DNA from: Puia dinghuensis
GTDB taxonomy: Bacteria; Bacteroidota; Bacteroidia; Chitinophagales; Chitinophagaceae
Length of the DNA: 64,000 nucleotides
Assembly (NCBI GenBank): GCA_026225275.1
Contig: JAMFSL010000219.1
Location: 1,459-65,458, forward strand
Direction: 5' to 3'
Shown here in pieces: positions 37,309 through 45,809 of this stretch. Position 1 is the first letter of the stretch; every line of letters starts with the position of its first letter. Both the position numbers and the translations under genes were made by a program. Below the pieces are notes generated by a model. It did not search any database, was not told where the DNA came from, and saw nothing but the letters and a program-made list of their open reading frames with translations.

Positions 37309-39276
37309 ATGCGAACACTCCTCGCCTTTATCCTGCTGCTTCCCCTGCTGAGCTGTGGCCAGAACCGCCGGGGCGGTGAACCCGACTTCGTCAAACAGCA
37401 TTTCGACAAGGTGGAAGCCATGATACCCATGCGGGATGGAATAAAGCTGTACACGGCTATTTATATCCCCAAGGATCAGGGTCATTCCTGGCCTTTTCTG
37501 ATGGAAAGGACGCCTTACTCTGCGGGTCCTTATGGAGATACGCTGTACCGCGGATCGCTGGGACCTAACCGTACGCTGATGCATGAGATGGCCATCTTCG
37601 TCTACCAGGATGTCCGAGGCCGGTATATGAGCGAAGGTCAGTTCCAGGAGATGACGCCGGCGAGGAAGGATGCGCATAATGCGCTGGCGGCAAAAAAACG
37701 AAAAGGCGGCGCGAGGGTTGCAGGCGCTGCAGGGAGTTCGGGTGCGGCCAATCAGGCTACCGACGAAAGCTCCGATACCTGGGACACCGTGGACTGGCTG
37801 CTGAAGAATATCAAGAATAACAGCGGACGCGTTGGGATCTGGGGCATTTCTTATCCGGGGTTCTATGCGTCGGCCTCTCTGCCCGATGCGCATCCGGCCA
37901 TCAAAGCCGTTTCGCCCCAGGCGCCCGTTACCGACGAGTTCATCGGGGATGACGCCAACCATAACGGCGCTTTTTTCCTGTTGGATAATTTCGATTTCGA
38001 TAATTTCTTCGACGTCAAAAGACCGTTCCCCGTTAAAAATTACGGCGGCAATATCTTTCACGCCGAATATTCTGACGCGTATCGGTTTTTCCTGGATCTT
38101 GGTCCCTTGAAGAATTCCAATAAACCGGAATATTTCAATAACCAGGGTAAGATATGGAACGAATACCTGGCAGGTTCTACCTATGGCGATTACTGGCAGG
38201 CGCGAAATATCCGGCCGCACCTGACGAATATCCGGCCGGCGGTATTAGTCGTAGGTGGCTGGTTCGATGCGGAGGATATGTTCGGTTCGCTGCGGACCTA
38301 TGAGGCGATCGAGCAGCAGTCACCTAATAATGATAATCATATCATCATGGGGCCGTGGACGCATGGCGGCTGGGCCGGTGGCAGCTGGACGAAATTCGGT
38401 GCGCTGGATTTCGGGGGGAATGTTAATGATTACTACCATGTGGTCGAAACGAATTTCTTCAACCATTATCTTAAGGATTCGGCTACGCCCGCATTGCCCG
38501 AGGCCACGGTCTTCGAGACGGGGACCAATCAATGGAAGGAGTATGCGACCTGGCCGCCGGCCGAGGCGAAGGCGGTGAAGTTTTTTCTACAGGAGAAAGG
38601 CGGCCTCGCGACGGGATCTCCGGCGGCGGTTGGGGGTGCGGCATCGGGGTCGGCGGGAGCAAGCGCGGGGGAAAAGGCCGGCTTCGACGAATACGTGAGC
38701 GACCCGGCACATCCGGTTCCCTATATCGACGGCATTCATGCCTCCAGGGATAATCAATACATCGTGACAGACCAACGCTTTGCCGCGGAGCGGCCCGATG
38801 TGTTGTCTTACGAGACCGACCCTCTGACCGATTCGGTGATCGTCACGGGCAGGCTGAAAGCCGATATCTTCCTTTCTTCCACCGGCACCGACGCCGATCT
38901 CATCGTCAAGCTGATCGATGTGCTGCCCGGAACAGAGGTCGGTATCACAGCCACCTCACCCGCCGGCTATCAGCGCCTGGTCAGGGCCGAGGTGTTCCGA
39001 TGTAAGTTCCGCAACAGCTATGAGCGACCGGAACCTTTGGTACCGGGGCAGCCGGCGGAGGTCGCGTTCAAAATGAACGAGATCGCCCACACTTTTAAGA
39101 AAGGCCACCGAATCATGGTACAGATACAAAGCAGCTGGTTTCCGCTGGTCGATATCAATCCCCAGACTTTTGTCAATATTCCGACCGCGGGCGAAGGGGA
39201 TTTTCAGAAGGCGACCATCCGGATCTGGCATGATCCGGCGCATCCTTCGGGGATCACGTTACCGGTACTACAATAA
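37309..39276 (+). CDS. Second CocE/NonD-family serine hydrolase (tandem paralog)
   Basis: I placed the start at ATG 37309 (MRTLLAFILLLPLLSCG, signal plus lipobox-like) rather than the track start at 37195, which overlaps the upstream gene. It has the same GISYPGFY, DPAHPVPY and HTFKKGHRIMVQIQSSWFPL motifs. Confidence 0.8.
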   Translation: MRTLLAFILLLPLLSCGQNRRGGEPDFVKQHFDKVEAMIPMRDGIKLYTAIYIPKDQGHSWPFLMERTPYSAGPYGDTLYRGSLGPNRTLMHEMAIFVYQDVRGRYMSEGQFQEMTPARKDAHNALAAKKRKGGARVAGAAGSSGAANQATDESSDTWDTVDWLLKNIKNNSGRVGIWGISYPGFYASASLPDAHPAIKAVSPQAPVTDEFIGDDANHNGAFFLLDNFDFDNFFDVKRPFPVKNYGGNIFHAEYSDAYRFFLDLGPLKNSNKPEYFNNQGKIWNEYLAGSTYGDYWQARNIRPHLTNIRPAVLVVGGWFDAEDMFGSLRTYEAIEQQSPNNDNHIIMGPWTHGGWAGGSWTKFGALDFGGNVNDYYHVVETNFFNHYLKDSATPALPEATVFETGTNQWKEYATWPPAEAKAVKFFLQEKGGLATGSPAAVGGAASGSAGASAGEKAGFDEYVSDPAHPVPYIDGIHASRDNQYIVTDQRFAAERPDVLSYETDPLTDSVIVTGRLKADIFLSSTGTDADLIVKLIDVLPGTEVGITATSPAGYQRLVRAEVFRCKFRNSYERPEPLVPGQPAEVAFKMNEIAHTFKKGHRIMVQIQSSWFPLVDINPQTFVNIPTAGEGDFQKATIRIWHDPAHPSGITLPVLQ

Positions 39277-39290
39277 ATGAGAAAACTTTT

Positions 39291-42200
39291 ATGAACACAC
39301 ACCTACGACTTATTACTGTACTGACTCTGGTTTGTTTTAGCTGCTGCACGCAGGTCCAGGCACAGCCCGTCGCTATTATTCCCGAGCCCGTCAGTACCCA
39401 ATGGCATGATGGTCATTTTATGATCGACGCGAACACGGTGATAGTCGCCGATGAAGGGGACAAGCCATCCGTACAATTTTTCAATGATTATCTCCAACGC
39501 CTCTATGGGTTGCGGTTGAAAGTAGTGGGATCCGGGCAACAGCCGGCGTCAGGTTATATCCGGTTGATGCGGGGAGCCGCCGGAGGATCTGCGGCGGGAT
39601 CTGGGGCGGGTGGGACATCGCCGGAAGGAGCTTATGCTATGGAGGTAAGGCCAGAGAACGTCACCATCGGCGCGAGTAGTGGGCCGGGTATTTTTTACGG
39701 CATGCAGACGCTGATCCAACTCCTACCGCTAAGTCCGTTTGTTATGACTGAGCACGGGCCGGCTATCAGCGCAACAGCCGGATTTGCCATTCCTACCGTG
39801 ACGATCACTGACTATCCCCGCTTCGAATGGCGTGGGCTGCACCTCGACGTCGGCCGGCATTTTTTTCCTGTCGACTTCGTCAAGCGTTTTATCGATTATA
39901 TTGCCTTACATAAAATGAACTATTTCCACTGGCACCTGACGGAAGATCAGGGCTGGCGGATCGAGATCAAAAAATATCCGCTGCTGACGGAGGTCGGATC
40001 CTGCCGCAGCGGCACGATCATCGGGCATGCACCGGGAACCGGCGATGACAGCATCGAATACTGTGGTTATTATACGCAGGACCAGATTCGGGACGTCGTC
40101 AAATATGCCGCCGACCGTTATATCACCATCATCCCCGAAATCGAGCTGCCGGGTCACTCTTCCGCGGCGCTGACGGCCTACCCATGGCTGGGTTGTACAG
40201 GTGGCCCCTATCATGTCGAGCACAACTTCGGTGTTTTCAAGGATGTCTATTGCGCAGGGAACGACAGTGTTTTCCAATTCCTGCAGGACGTGCTGGATGA
40301 AGTCATTACGCTCTTCCCATCGAAGTATATCCATATCGGGGGCGACGAGTGCCCGAAAGACAGCTGGAAGGTCTGTCCCAAATGTCAAAAGAGGATAAAA
40401 GATCTCGGACTGAAAGATGAAGAGGGGCTGCAAAGTTATTTTGTCCAGCGGATTGAAAAATACATCAACTCCAAAGGGCGCCAGATCATCGGCTGGGACG
40501 AGATCCTGGAAGGGGGCATCGCACCGAATGCCACGATCATGAGCTGGCGCGGCGAAAAGGGAGGCATCGCTGCGGCCAAGCAGCATCACGATGTGATCAT
40601 GACGCCGGGAGACTATGTCTATTTCGATCATTCGCAGATCCACAATGACGACTCGCTGACCATCGGCAACTATCTGCCGTTGCAAAAAGTATATTCCTAC
40701 GAGCCGATACCCAAAGAACTCAGTGCTGATGAGGCTCACTATGTGCTGGGAGCGCAGGCTAATCTCTGGACAGAATATATGAGTAATCCGCGCAAAGTGG
40801 AATACATGCTGTTCCCGCGACTGAGCGCCTTATCGGAAGTGCTCTGGAGCCCGAAAGGAGCCCGCAACTGGAAGGACTTTACCAAACGGCTGCCTACACA
40901 GTTTAAGCGATACGCTTTGTGGGGGGTCAACGCCTACCACGCTTATATCCCTACGAGTGACAGCCTGGTGCAGGCTAAGCTGGACCGCTGGCAGGATAAT
41001 AAATTCGGGCTGCTGATGCATTGGGGTACTTATAGCCAATGGGGCATCGTGGAGAGCTGGAGCATCTGTCCGGAAGACGAAGGCTGGACACAACGGCGGG
41101 GGCCTTACGGGGCGAACTATAACGATTACGTACAGGCTTATCAGCATTTGCAGACGACATTCAATCCGACGAAATTCGATCCGGACAAATGGGCCGCCGC
41201 CGCAAAAGCTGCAGGCATGAAGTATGTCGTCTTTACCACCAAGCACCATGACGGGTTCTGTATGTTCGACACCAAACAAACGGATTATAAGATCACTTCC
41301 ACCACGTGTCCATATTCATCCAATCCCCGGAGTAATGTCGCCAAAGAGATCTTCAATGCTTTCCGGGCGGATGATTTCATGATCGGCGCCTACTTTTCCA
41401 AACCGGACTGGCATAGCCAGGATTACTGGTGGTCTTATTTTCCGCCGAAGGACCGGAATGTCGATTATGATCCCGCGAAATATCCGGCGCGCTGGGACGC
41501 CTTTAAGAAGTATACCTACAACCAGATCGAGGAGTTGATGACGGGCTACGGTAAAATGGACCTGCTGTGGCTGGACGGCGGCTGGGTACGGCCTTTGTCC
41601 ACTGTCGATGCCGGTGTCGACTGGCAGCGGGGCATCCGCTATGACCAGGACGTCGATATGTCGGGAATTGCCGCCATGGCGCGCAGGCATCAGCCCGGGC
41701 TGATCGTCGTCGATCGCAGCGTGCCGGGAGAGTTTGAAAATTATCGGACGCCTGAACAGACAGTGCCTGCATTGCCCATGGATGATCCCTGGGAATCCTG
41801 TATCACCATGGGTAATTCGTGGAGCTACGTCCCGCACGATCATTATAAATCCGCGACGGAACTGGTGCAGCTGCTCATCAGGGTTGTATCGCGGGGCGGC
41901 AACCTGCTGCTGAATATCGGCCCTTCACCTGAGGGTGACTGGGATGATACGGCATACGCCAGGTTAAAGGATATTGGTGCGTGGATGAGCATTAACGGCG
42001 AAGGCATTTATGGGAGCCGGCCGATCCGACCTTATGTATCGGGCAATGTGTATTTGACGCAATCGAAGGATAGCTCGCAGGTGTACGCCTATTACGAAAG
42101 TGAGGGCACCGATGTTATCCTGCCGGCCACCGTGACCATCGACCGATTTACCCCGCGGCCCGGCAGCAAGATCAGCATCCTCGGGGTCAAGGGAAAGGTC

Positions 42201-42299
42201 AAATGGCATGAGGAGGGGAAGAAGATGGTCATCGACATCCCGCCTGCTTTGCAGGGTAAGGTGGTCGGAAAGCATGCGGTGGTGTTCAAGCTGAGCTGA
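39291..42299 (+). CDS. Fusion of GH20 beta-N-acetylhexosaminidase (N-terminal half) and GH29 alpha-L-fucosidase (C-terminal half)
   Basis: 1002 aa. GH20 motifs are HWHLTEDQGWRIEIKKYP and HIGGDECPK. From about residue 565 GH29 motifs appear: FGLLMHWGTYSQWG, KYVVFTTKHHDGFCMFDT and DLLWLDGGW. Confidence 0.8.
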   Translation: MNTHLRLITVLTLVCFSCCTQVQAQPVAIIPEPVSTQWHDGHFMIDANTVIVADEGDKPSVQFFNDYLQRLYGLRLKVVGSGQQPASGYIRLMRGAAGGSAAGSGAGGTSPEGAYAMEVRPENVTIGASSGPGIFYGMQTLIQLLPLSPFVMTEHGPAISATAGFAIPTVTITDYPRFEWRGLHLDVGRHFFPVDFVKRFIDYIALHKMNYFHWHLTEDQGWRIEIKKYPLLTEVGSCRSGTIIGHAPGTGDDSIEYCGYYTQDQIRDVVKYAADRYITIIPEIELPGHSSAALTAYPWLGCTGGPYHVEHNFGVFKDVYCAGNDSVFQFLQDVLDEVITLFPSKYIHIGGDECPKDSWKVCPKCQKRIKDLGLKDEEGLQSYFVQRIEKYINSKGRQIIGWDEILEGGIAPNATIMSWRGEKGGIAAAKQHHDVIMTPGDYVYFDHSQIHNDDSLTIGNYLPLQKVYSYEPIPKELSADEAHYVLGAQANLWTEYMSNPRKVEYMLFPRLSALSEVLWSPKGARNWKDFTKRLPTQFKRYALWGVNAYHAYIPTSDSLVQAKLDRWQDNKFGLLMHWGTYSQWGIVESWSICPEDEGWTQRRGPYGANYNDYVQAYQHLQTTFNPTKFDPDKWAAAAKAAGMKYVVFTTKHHDGFCMFDTKQTDYKITSTTCPYSSNPRSNVAKEIFNAFRADDFMIGAYFSKPDWHSQDYWWSYFPPKDRNVDYDPAKYPARWDAFKKYTYNQIEELMTGYGKMDLLWLDGGWVRPLSTVDAGVDWQRGIRYDQDVDMSGIAAMARRHQPGLIVVDRSVPGEFENYRTPEQTVPALPMDDPWESCITMGNSWSYVPHDHYKSATELVQLLIRVVSRGGNLLLNIGPSPEGDWDDTAYARLKDIGAWMSINGEGIYGSRPIRPYVSGNVYLTQSKDSSQVYAYYESEGTDVILPATVTIDRFTPRPGSKISILGVKGKVKWHEEGKKMVIDIPPALQGKVVGKHAVVFKLS

Positions 42300-42306
42300 C
42301 GAATCG

Positions 42307-42382
42307 GATGAGCGGATGGGATGAGCGGATGGGGTGAGTAGAAGGGCGTGACGATGAGCAGGGATGAGCGGGGATGAGCTAA
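42307..42382. repeat. Intergenic GATGAGC-core tandem repeats (13-nt period x3, then 10-nt period x3)
   Basis: GATGAGCGGATGG occurs at 42307 and 42320 (identical copies), with a degenerate copy at 42333. GATGAGC(A/G/T) occurs at 42353, 42363 and 42373. Confidence 0.9.
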
Positions 42383-42459
42383 TGACCAAAGTAACTTTGA
42401 GCCGCTGACCAAAACGAGGGACCTGACGAATGACGACCTTTGTTTCATAAACAAGTACA

Positions 42460-43281
42460 ATGAAACACGACAAACAAGTCATCCTCATCACCGGCGCTTC
42501 TGCCGGAATGGGCAAGGAATTCGCCAAACAGCTCTTACAGGACGGTCATATCGTCTATGGCGCCGCCCGGCGGTTAGATAAAATGAACGATATCAAGCAA
42601 TTGGGTATCAGGGTGCTGTCGATGGACGTCACCGACGATGTATCCATGGTGCAGGGCGTAGACGACATCATCCGGGCTGAAGGCCGGATAGACGTACTGA
42701 TCAACAATGCGGGTTTCGGTTCGTACGGAGCCGTAGAGGACGTCTCCCTGGAGGATGCCCGGTATCAGCTGGAGGTGAATGTCTTCGGGGCGGCCCGGCT
42801 GATGCAGTTGGTACTGCCTTCCATGCGCCGGCAGCATTATGGCCGGATCATCAATATTTCTTCTATAGGGGGAAAAATCGCTTTGCCGTTCGGTGGCTGG
42901 TATCATGCCAGTAAATTTGCACTGGAAGCGCTCAGCGACAGCCTGCGGGCAGAGGTTGAACCTTTTGGCATCGACGTCGTCGTCATCGAACCCGGCGGGA
43001 TCGAGTCCGAATGGGGCGGTATCGCCATGGAGAACCTGATCAAGGTTTCCGGCGGGACCGAATACGGGCTGATGGCGAAAAAGCTGGCCGCCATGCTGGG
43101 CTCCTTAGAGGGCAAGATACCCGGTCCCGGGGTCATCGCGCAACTCGTCAAAAAGGCTATCGACGCCCGAAAGCCGAAGACGAGGTATGCCGGCGGATAT
43201 ATGGCCAAGGCCGCCCTGCTGATGAGAAAGTTATTGTCGGACCGGCAGTTCAGCAAGATGATGCTGAGCCAGATCAAATAA
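42460..43281 (+). CDS. Short-chain dehydrogenase/reductase (SDR)
   Basis: 273 aa with ITGASAGMGKEFA (TGxxxGxG) and YHASKFAL (YxxxK). Confidence 0.85.
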   Translation: MKHDKQVILITGASAGMGKEFAKQLLQDGHIVYGAARRLDKMNDIKQLGIRVLSMDVTDDVSMVQGVDDIIRAEGRIDVLINNAGFGSYGAVEDVSLEDARYQLEVNVFGAARLMQLVLPSMRRQHYGRIINISSIGGKIALPFGGWYHASKFALEALSDSLRAEVEPFGIDVVVIEPGGIESEWGGIAMENLIKVSGGTEYGLMAKKLAAMLGSLEGKIPGPGVIAQLVKKAIDARKPKTRYAGGYMAKAALLMRKLLSDRQFSKMMLSQIK

Positions 43282-43293
43282 ACAAACAGGATC

Positions 43294-44097
43294 ATGAATG
43301 ACACATGCGTCTCACAGGTGAACAACCTGATGTATTCCTGCTACCAGCAGAGCACGAGAGGGTATGAGCAATTCGCTCCCGAACATACGCTGGGCTATTT
43401 CATGGCAGGCGAAACTCATATTTTCGCCAACGGGCGTACGGAGATCGTCAAAGCCCCGATGATCGGGATGGTTAGGCGCCATACCCTGATGAAAACCGTC
43501 AAAATCCCGCCGCCCGGCGGCGAGTTCAGGTCCGTCAATATCTTTTTCGACCAGGCATTTTTGCGGCGGTATAGTATGGAGAATGAGATCGGACCGGTAG
43601 AGAAATATACGGGTGCGCCGATGCTGGAACTACGTTTCGACCCTTTCCTCAAAGGCTATTTCGATTCGCTGCTCCCCTACTTCAGCCATCCGGCGCCATT
43701 GAGCGAGAGCATGGCGGAGATCAAGACCCGCGAGGCCGTTGAATTGCTGCTGCGGCACGATCCGGCGCTGAAAGAATTCCTGTTCGATTTTTCCGATCCT
43801 TATAAGATCGACCTGGAAGCGTTCATGAATCAAAATTATATGTACAATGTGACGTCGCAGCAATTCGCTAAGCTGACGGGTCGCAGCCTGGCGGCATTCA
43901 AGCGGGATTTCCAAAAGATCTTCGGGCAGCCGCCGAGTCAGTGGCTGCTGAAGAAAAGACTGACGGAAGCGTATTACCAGATCAGGGATAAAGGGCATAA
44001 GCCCGTCGATGTATATCTCACTGTAGGTTTTGAGAACCTGTCGCACTTCTCTTATAGTTTTAAAAAAGAATTCGGGGTGGCGCCATCGATGGTATAG
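43294..44097 (+). CDS. AraC-family transcriptional regulator
   Basis: 267 aa with a C-terminal double-HTH region (SQQFAKLTGRSLAAFKRDFQKIFGQPPSQWLLKKRL...GFENLSHFSYSFKKEFGVAPS). Confidence 0.8.
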   Translation: MNDTCVSQVNNLMYSCYQQSTRGYEQFAPEHTLGYFMAGETHIFANGRTEIVKAPMIGMVRRHTLMKTVKIPPPGGEFRSVNIFFDQAFLRRYSMENEIGPVEKYTGAPMLELRFDPFLKGYFDSLLPYFSHPAPLSESMAEIKTREAVELLLRHDPALKEFLFDFSDPYKIDLEAFMNQNYMYNVTSQQFAKLTGRSLAAFKRDFQKIFGQPPSQWLLKKRLTEAYYQIRDKGHKPVDVYLTVGFENLSHFSYSFKKEFGVAPSMV

Positions 44098-44109
44098 ATC
44101 CGATGAGAT

Positions 44110-44139
44110 AAAAAAAGCCCCCGACGATGTATCGGGGGC
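44110..44139 (-). terminator. Rho-independent terminator of the SusC/SusD operon
   Basis: The stem is GCCCCCGA (44117-44124) with TCGGGGGC (32-39 of that line, 44132-44139). The A7 run at 44110-44116 is a T-run on the minus strand, 28 nt after the SusD stop. Confidence 0.6.
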
Positions 44140-44166
44140 CAGTGAAATTCATAGGTGCTTATTATA

Positions 44167-45792
44167 TTATTGCACGTCCCACCATACGGGGGAGGTCATC
44201 TTGTCTCCATTCTTGAGATCGCTGACGGCTGCTGCATAATTCGTGGCATTCGTCGCGGCTTCAACCGTCGAATAGGTATACCTGCGGGGAATCGTTCCAT
44301 TAGTGGCATTTCCGGTATAGACGACAGGGATAAGTGTCGGGTAATTGCTCCGCCGCCAATTGGCCCACGATTCTGTCTCATCCATGAAAGAGGCGACCCA
44401 GTACTGGTCATTGATCATCTCGAGTTCAGAACCGGACACCAGCGGGTTAGCCGTTACATAGGCAGTGACCTGGGCAGTCGAAGGACCGGCGCCAACCTGG
44501 GTGCCGAGCATTTCCATGGCTGCCGTCACACCGTTCGAATAAAAAGTCGCTGCGTTCCCTGTGATCCAGCCGCGCTGAGCCGCTTCCGCGAGTAACAATT
44601 GCGTCTCGGCGTATGTCAGAAAGAGAGTTGGGGCATTGTTGCGGGCAAACGTATAGCGGTTGACATAAGAATAGAGATTCTGGTTGCCGGGATAGTTGGG
44701 AGCATTGGCAATATTCGTAGGGTCGCTACTCACATCATAGCCATTAGGCTGACCCAGCTGATGGGCATAAGTCGTATCGCCCAATTCCGAGGTTAAGGGA
44801 GTGACATCATCGGAAATGACGGTGCCGAGATAGGACAACCGGGGGTCATTGGTCGATTTGAGAAAATTGACGAAGGTCTCGCTGAGGTGTGCAGCTGCGG
44901 GATCGTTATACACCAATACCAGACCGGACCCGTTGGCTACCTGGCTACCCGCGCCATTCGGTGGAGCGGCCTGGTGGAGCAGGATGGCATTGTCAGTGTT
45001 AGACGTGAAAGTGCCGCCGGCGAAAGCCTTGGCTACCCAGGTCTGCGCTGTCGCCGGATCGACCTTGCTCAACCGCATGGCGATACGGACCATTTCGGAG
45101 TAAGCGAATTTCTGCCATTCGGCGACATTGCCACCATAGACCAGATCAGCGACACCGGGTGTAGCAGCCGAGGGGTCGAGTGCCGCAGCTGCTGAATCCA
45201 GCTGAGCCAGCATATCCATATAAATAGCCTGTTGTTTGTCGTACACCGGTTCAGTAATACCGGAGATATAACCCAGGCCGGCCTGACTGTAGGGAATATC
45301 CCCGTACATATCCGTCAGACGCTGGAACAGGTAGACCTTGAATATCCTCGCCTCGTTATACAGATTGACCTGCGTAGCATCGTTCCTGAGGTTATAGGTA
45401 ATATCCACCAGGTTCGTCACCGGGGCCGAGTTGACATTCTCATTGTTGGGGCCTCCGCCTATGGGGCCGAAATCCTGGTCCCAGTATGCCGACAAATAGC
45501 CCGGGTCGTCTGTATACTTGTCGCCATCCCAATAGCCCGTGGTCGAGGACAGGTGTTGGATCATACAGGCAGCATATATGAGGTTACCGCGCCAATCTTC
45601 GTACGCATTACCGTCACTATTGCCGGACGTGATCAACTCGGCATTAGTGAAAAGGGAAGAATACTGTTCCTGCGTTGCGGAGATCGCATTGGGATTCGTA
45701 TTGATAGCGACGAAATCTTTTTTGCAGCCGCCGCCCAACAGGGCTATCGAAACTGATGCTGCTAAAAATATCTTCTTTTTCATTGTTGTCAA
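44167..45792 (-). CDS. SusD/RagB-family nutrient-binding outer-membrane lipoprotein (distal copy)
   Basis: 541 aa with the lipobox LLGGGCKKDF. It lies immediately downstream of a SusC-like gene and has TPR-like SusD sequence. Confidence 0.85.
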   Translation of the reverse strand: MTTMKKKIFLAASVSIALLGGGCKKDFVAINTNPNAISATQEQYSSLFTNAELITSGNSDGNAYEDWRGNLIYAACMIQHLSSTTGYWDGDKYTDDPGYLSAYWDQDFGPIGGGPNNENVNSAPVTNLVDITYNLRNDATQVNLYNEARIFKVYLFQRLTDMYGDIPYSQAGLGYISGITEPVYDKQQAIYMDMLAQLDSAAAALDPSAATPGVADLVYGGNVAEWQKFAYSEMVRIAMRLSKVDPATAQTWVAKAFAGGTFTSNTDNAILLHQAAPPNGAGSQVANGSGLVLVYNDPAAAHLSETFVNFLKSTNDPRLSYLGTVISDDVTPLTSELGDTTYAHQLGQPNGYDVSSDPTNIANAPNYPGNQNLYSYVNRYTFARNNAPTLFLTYAETQLLLAEAAQRGWITGNAATFYSNGVTAAMEMLGTQVGAGPSTAQVTAYVTANPLVSGSELEMINDQYWVASFMDETESWANWRRSNYPTLIPVVYTGNATNGTIPRRYTYSTVEAATNATNYAAAVSDLKNGDKMTSPVWWDVQ

Positions 45793-45809
45793 TTTAATTT
45801 GCTGTCGAA

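Noticed and set aside
42307-42382. Whether the GATGAGC repeats could be a CRISPR array
   Set aside because: The units are only 10-13 nt with no spacers of CRISPR size, and no cas genes are nearby.
44117-44139. The terminator stem here resembles the tRNA terminator stem at 62081-62100 (both CCCCCGACGAT...TCGGGGG-like)
   Set aside because: Short GC-rich stems converge easily. With only two copies in the window I cannot claim a repeat family.
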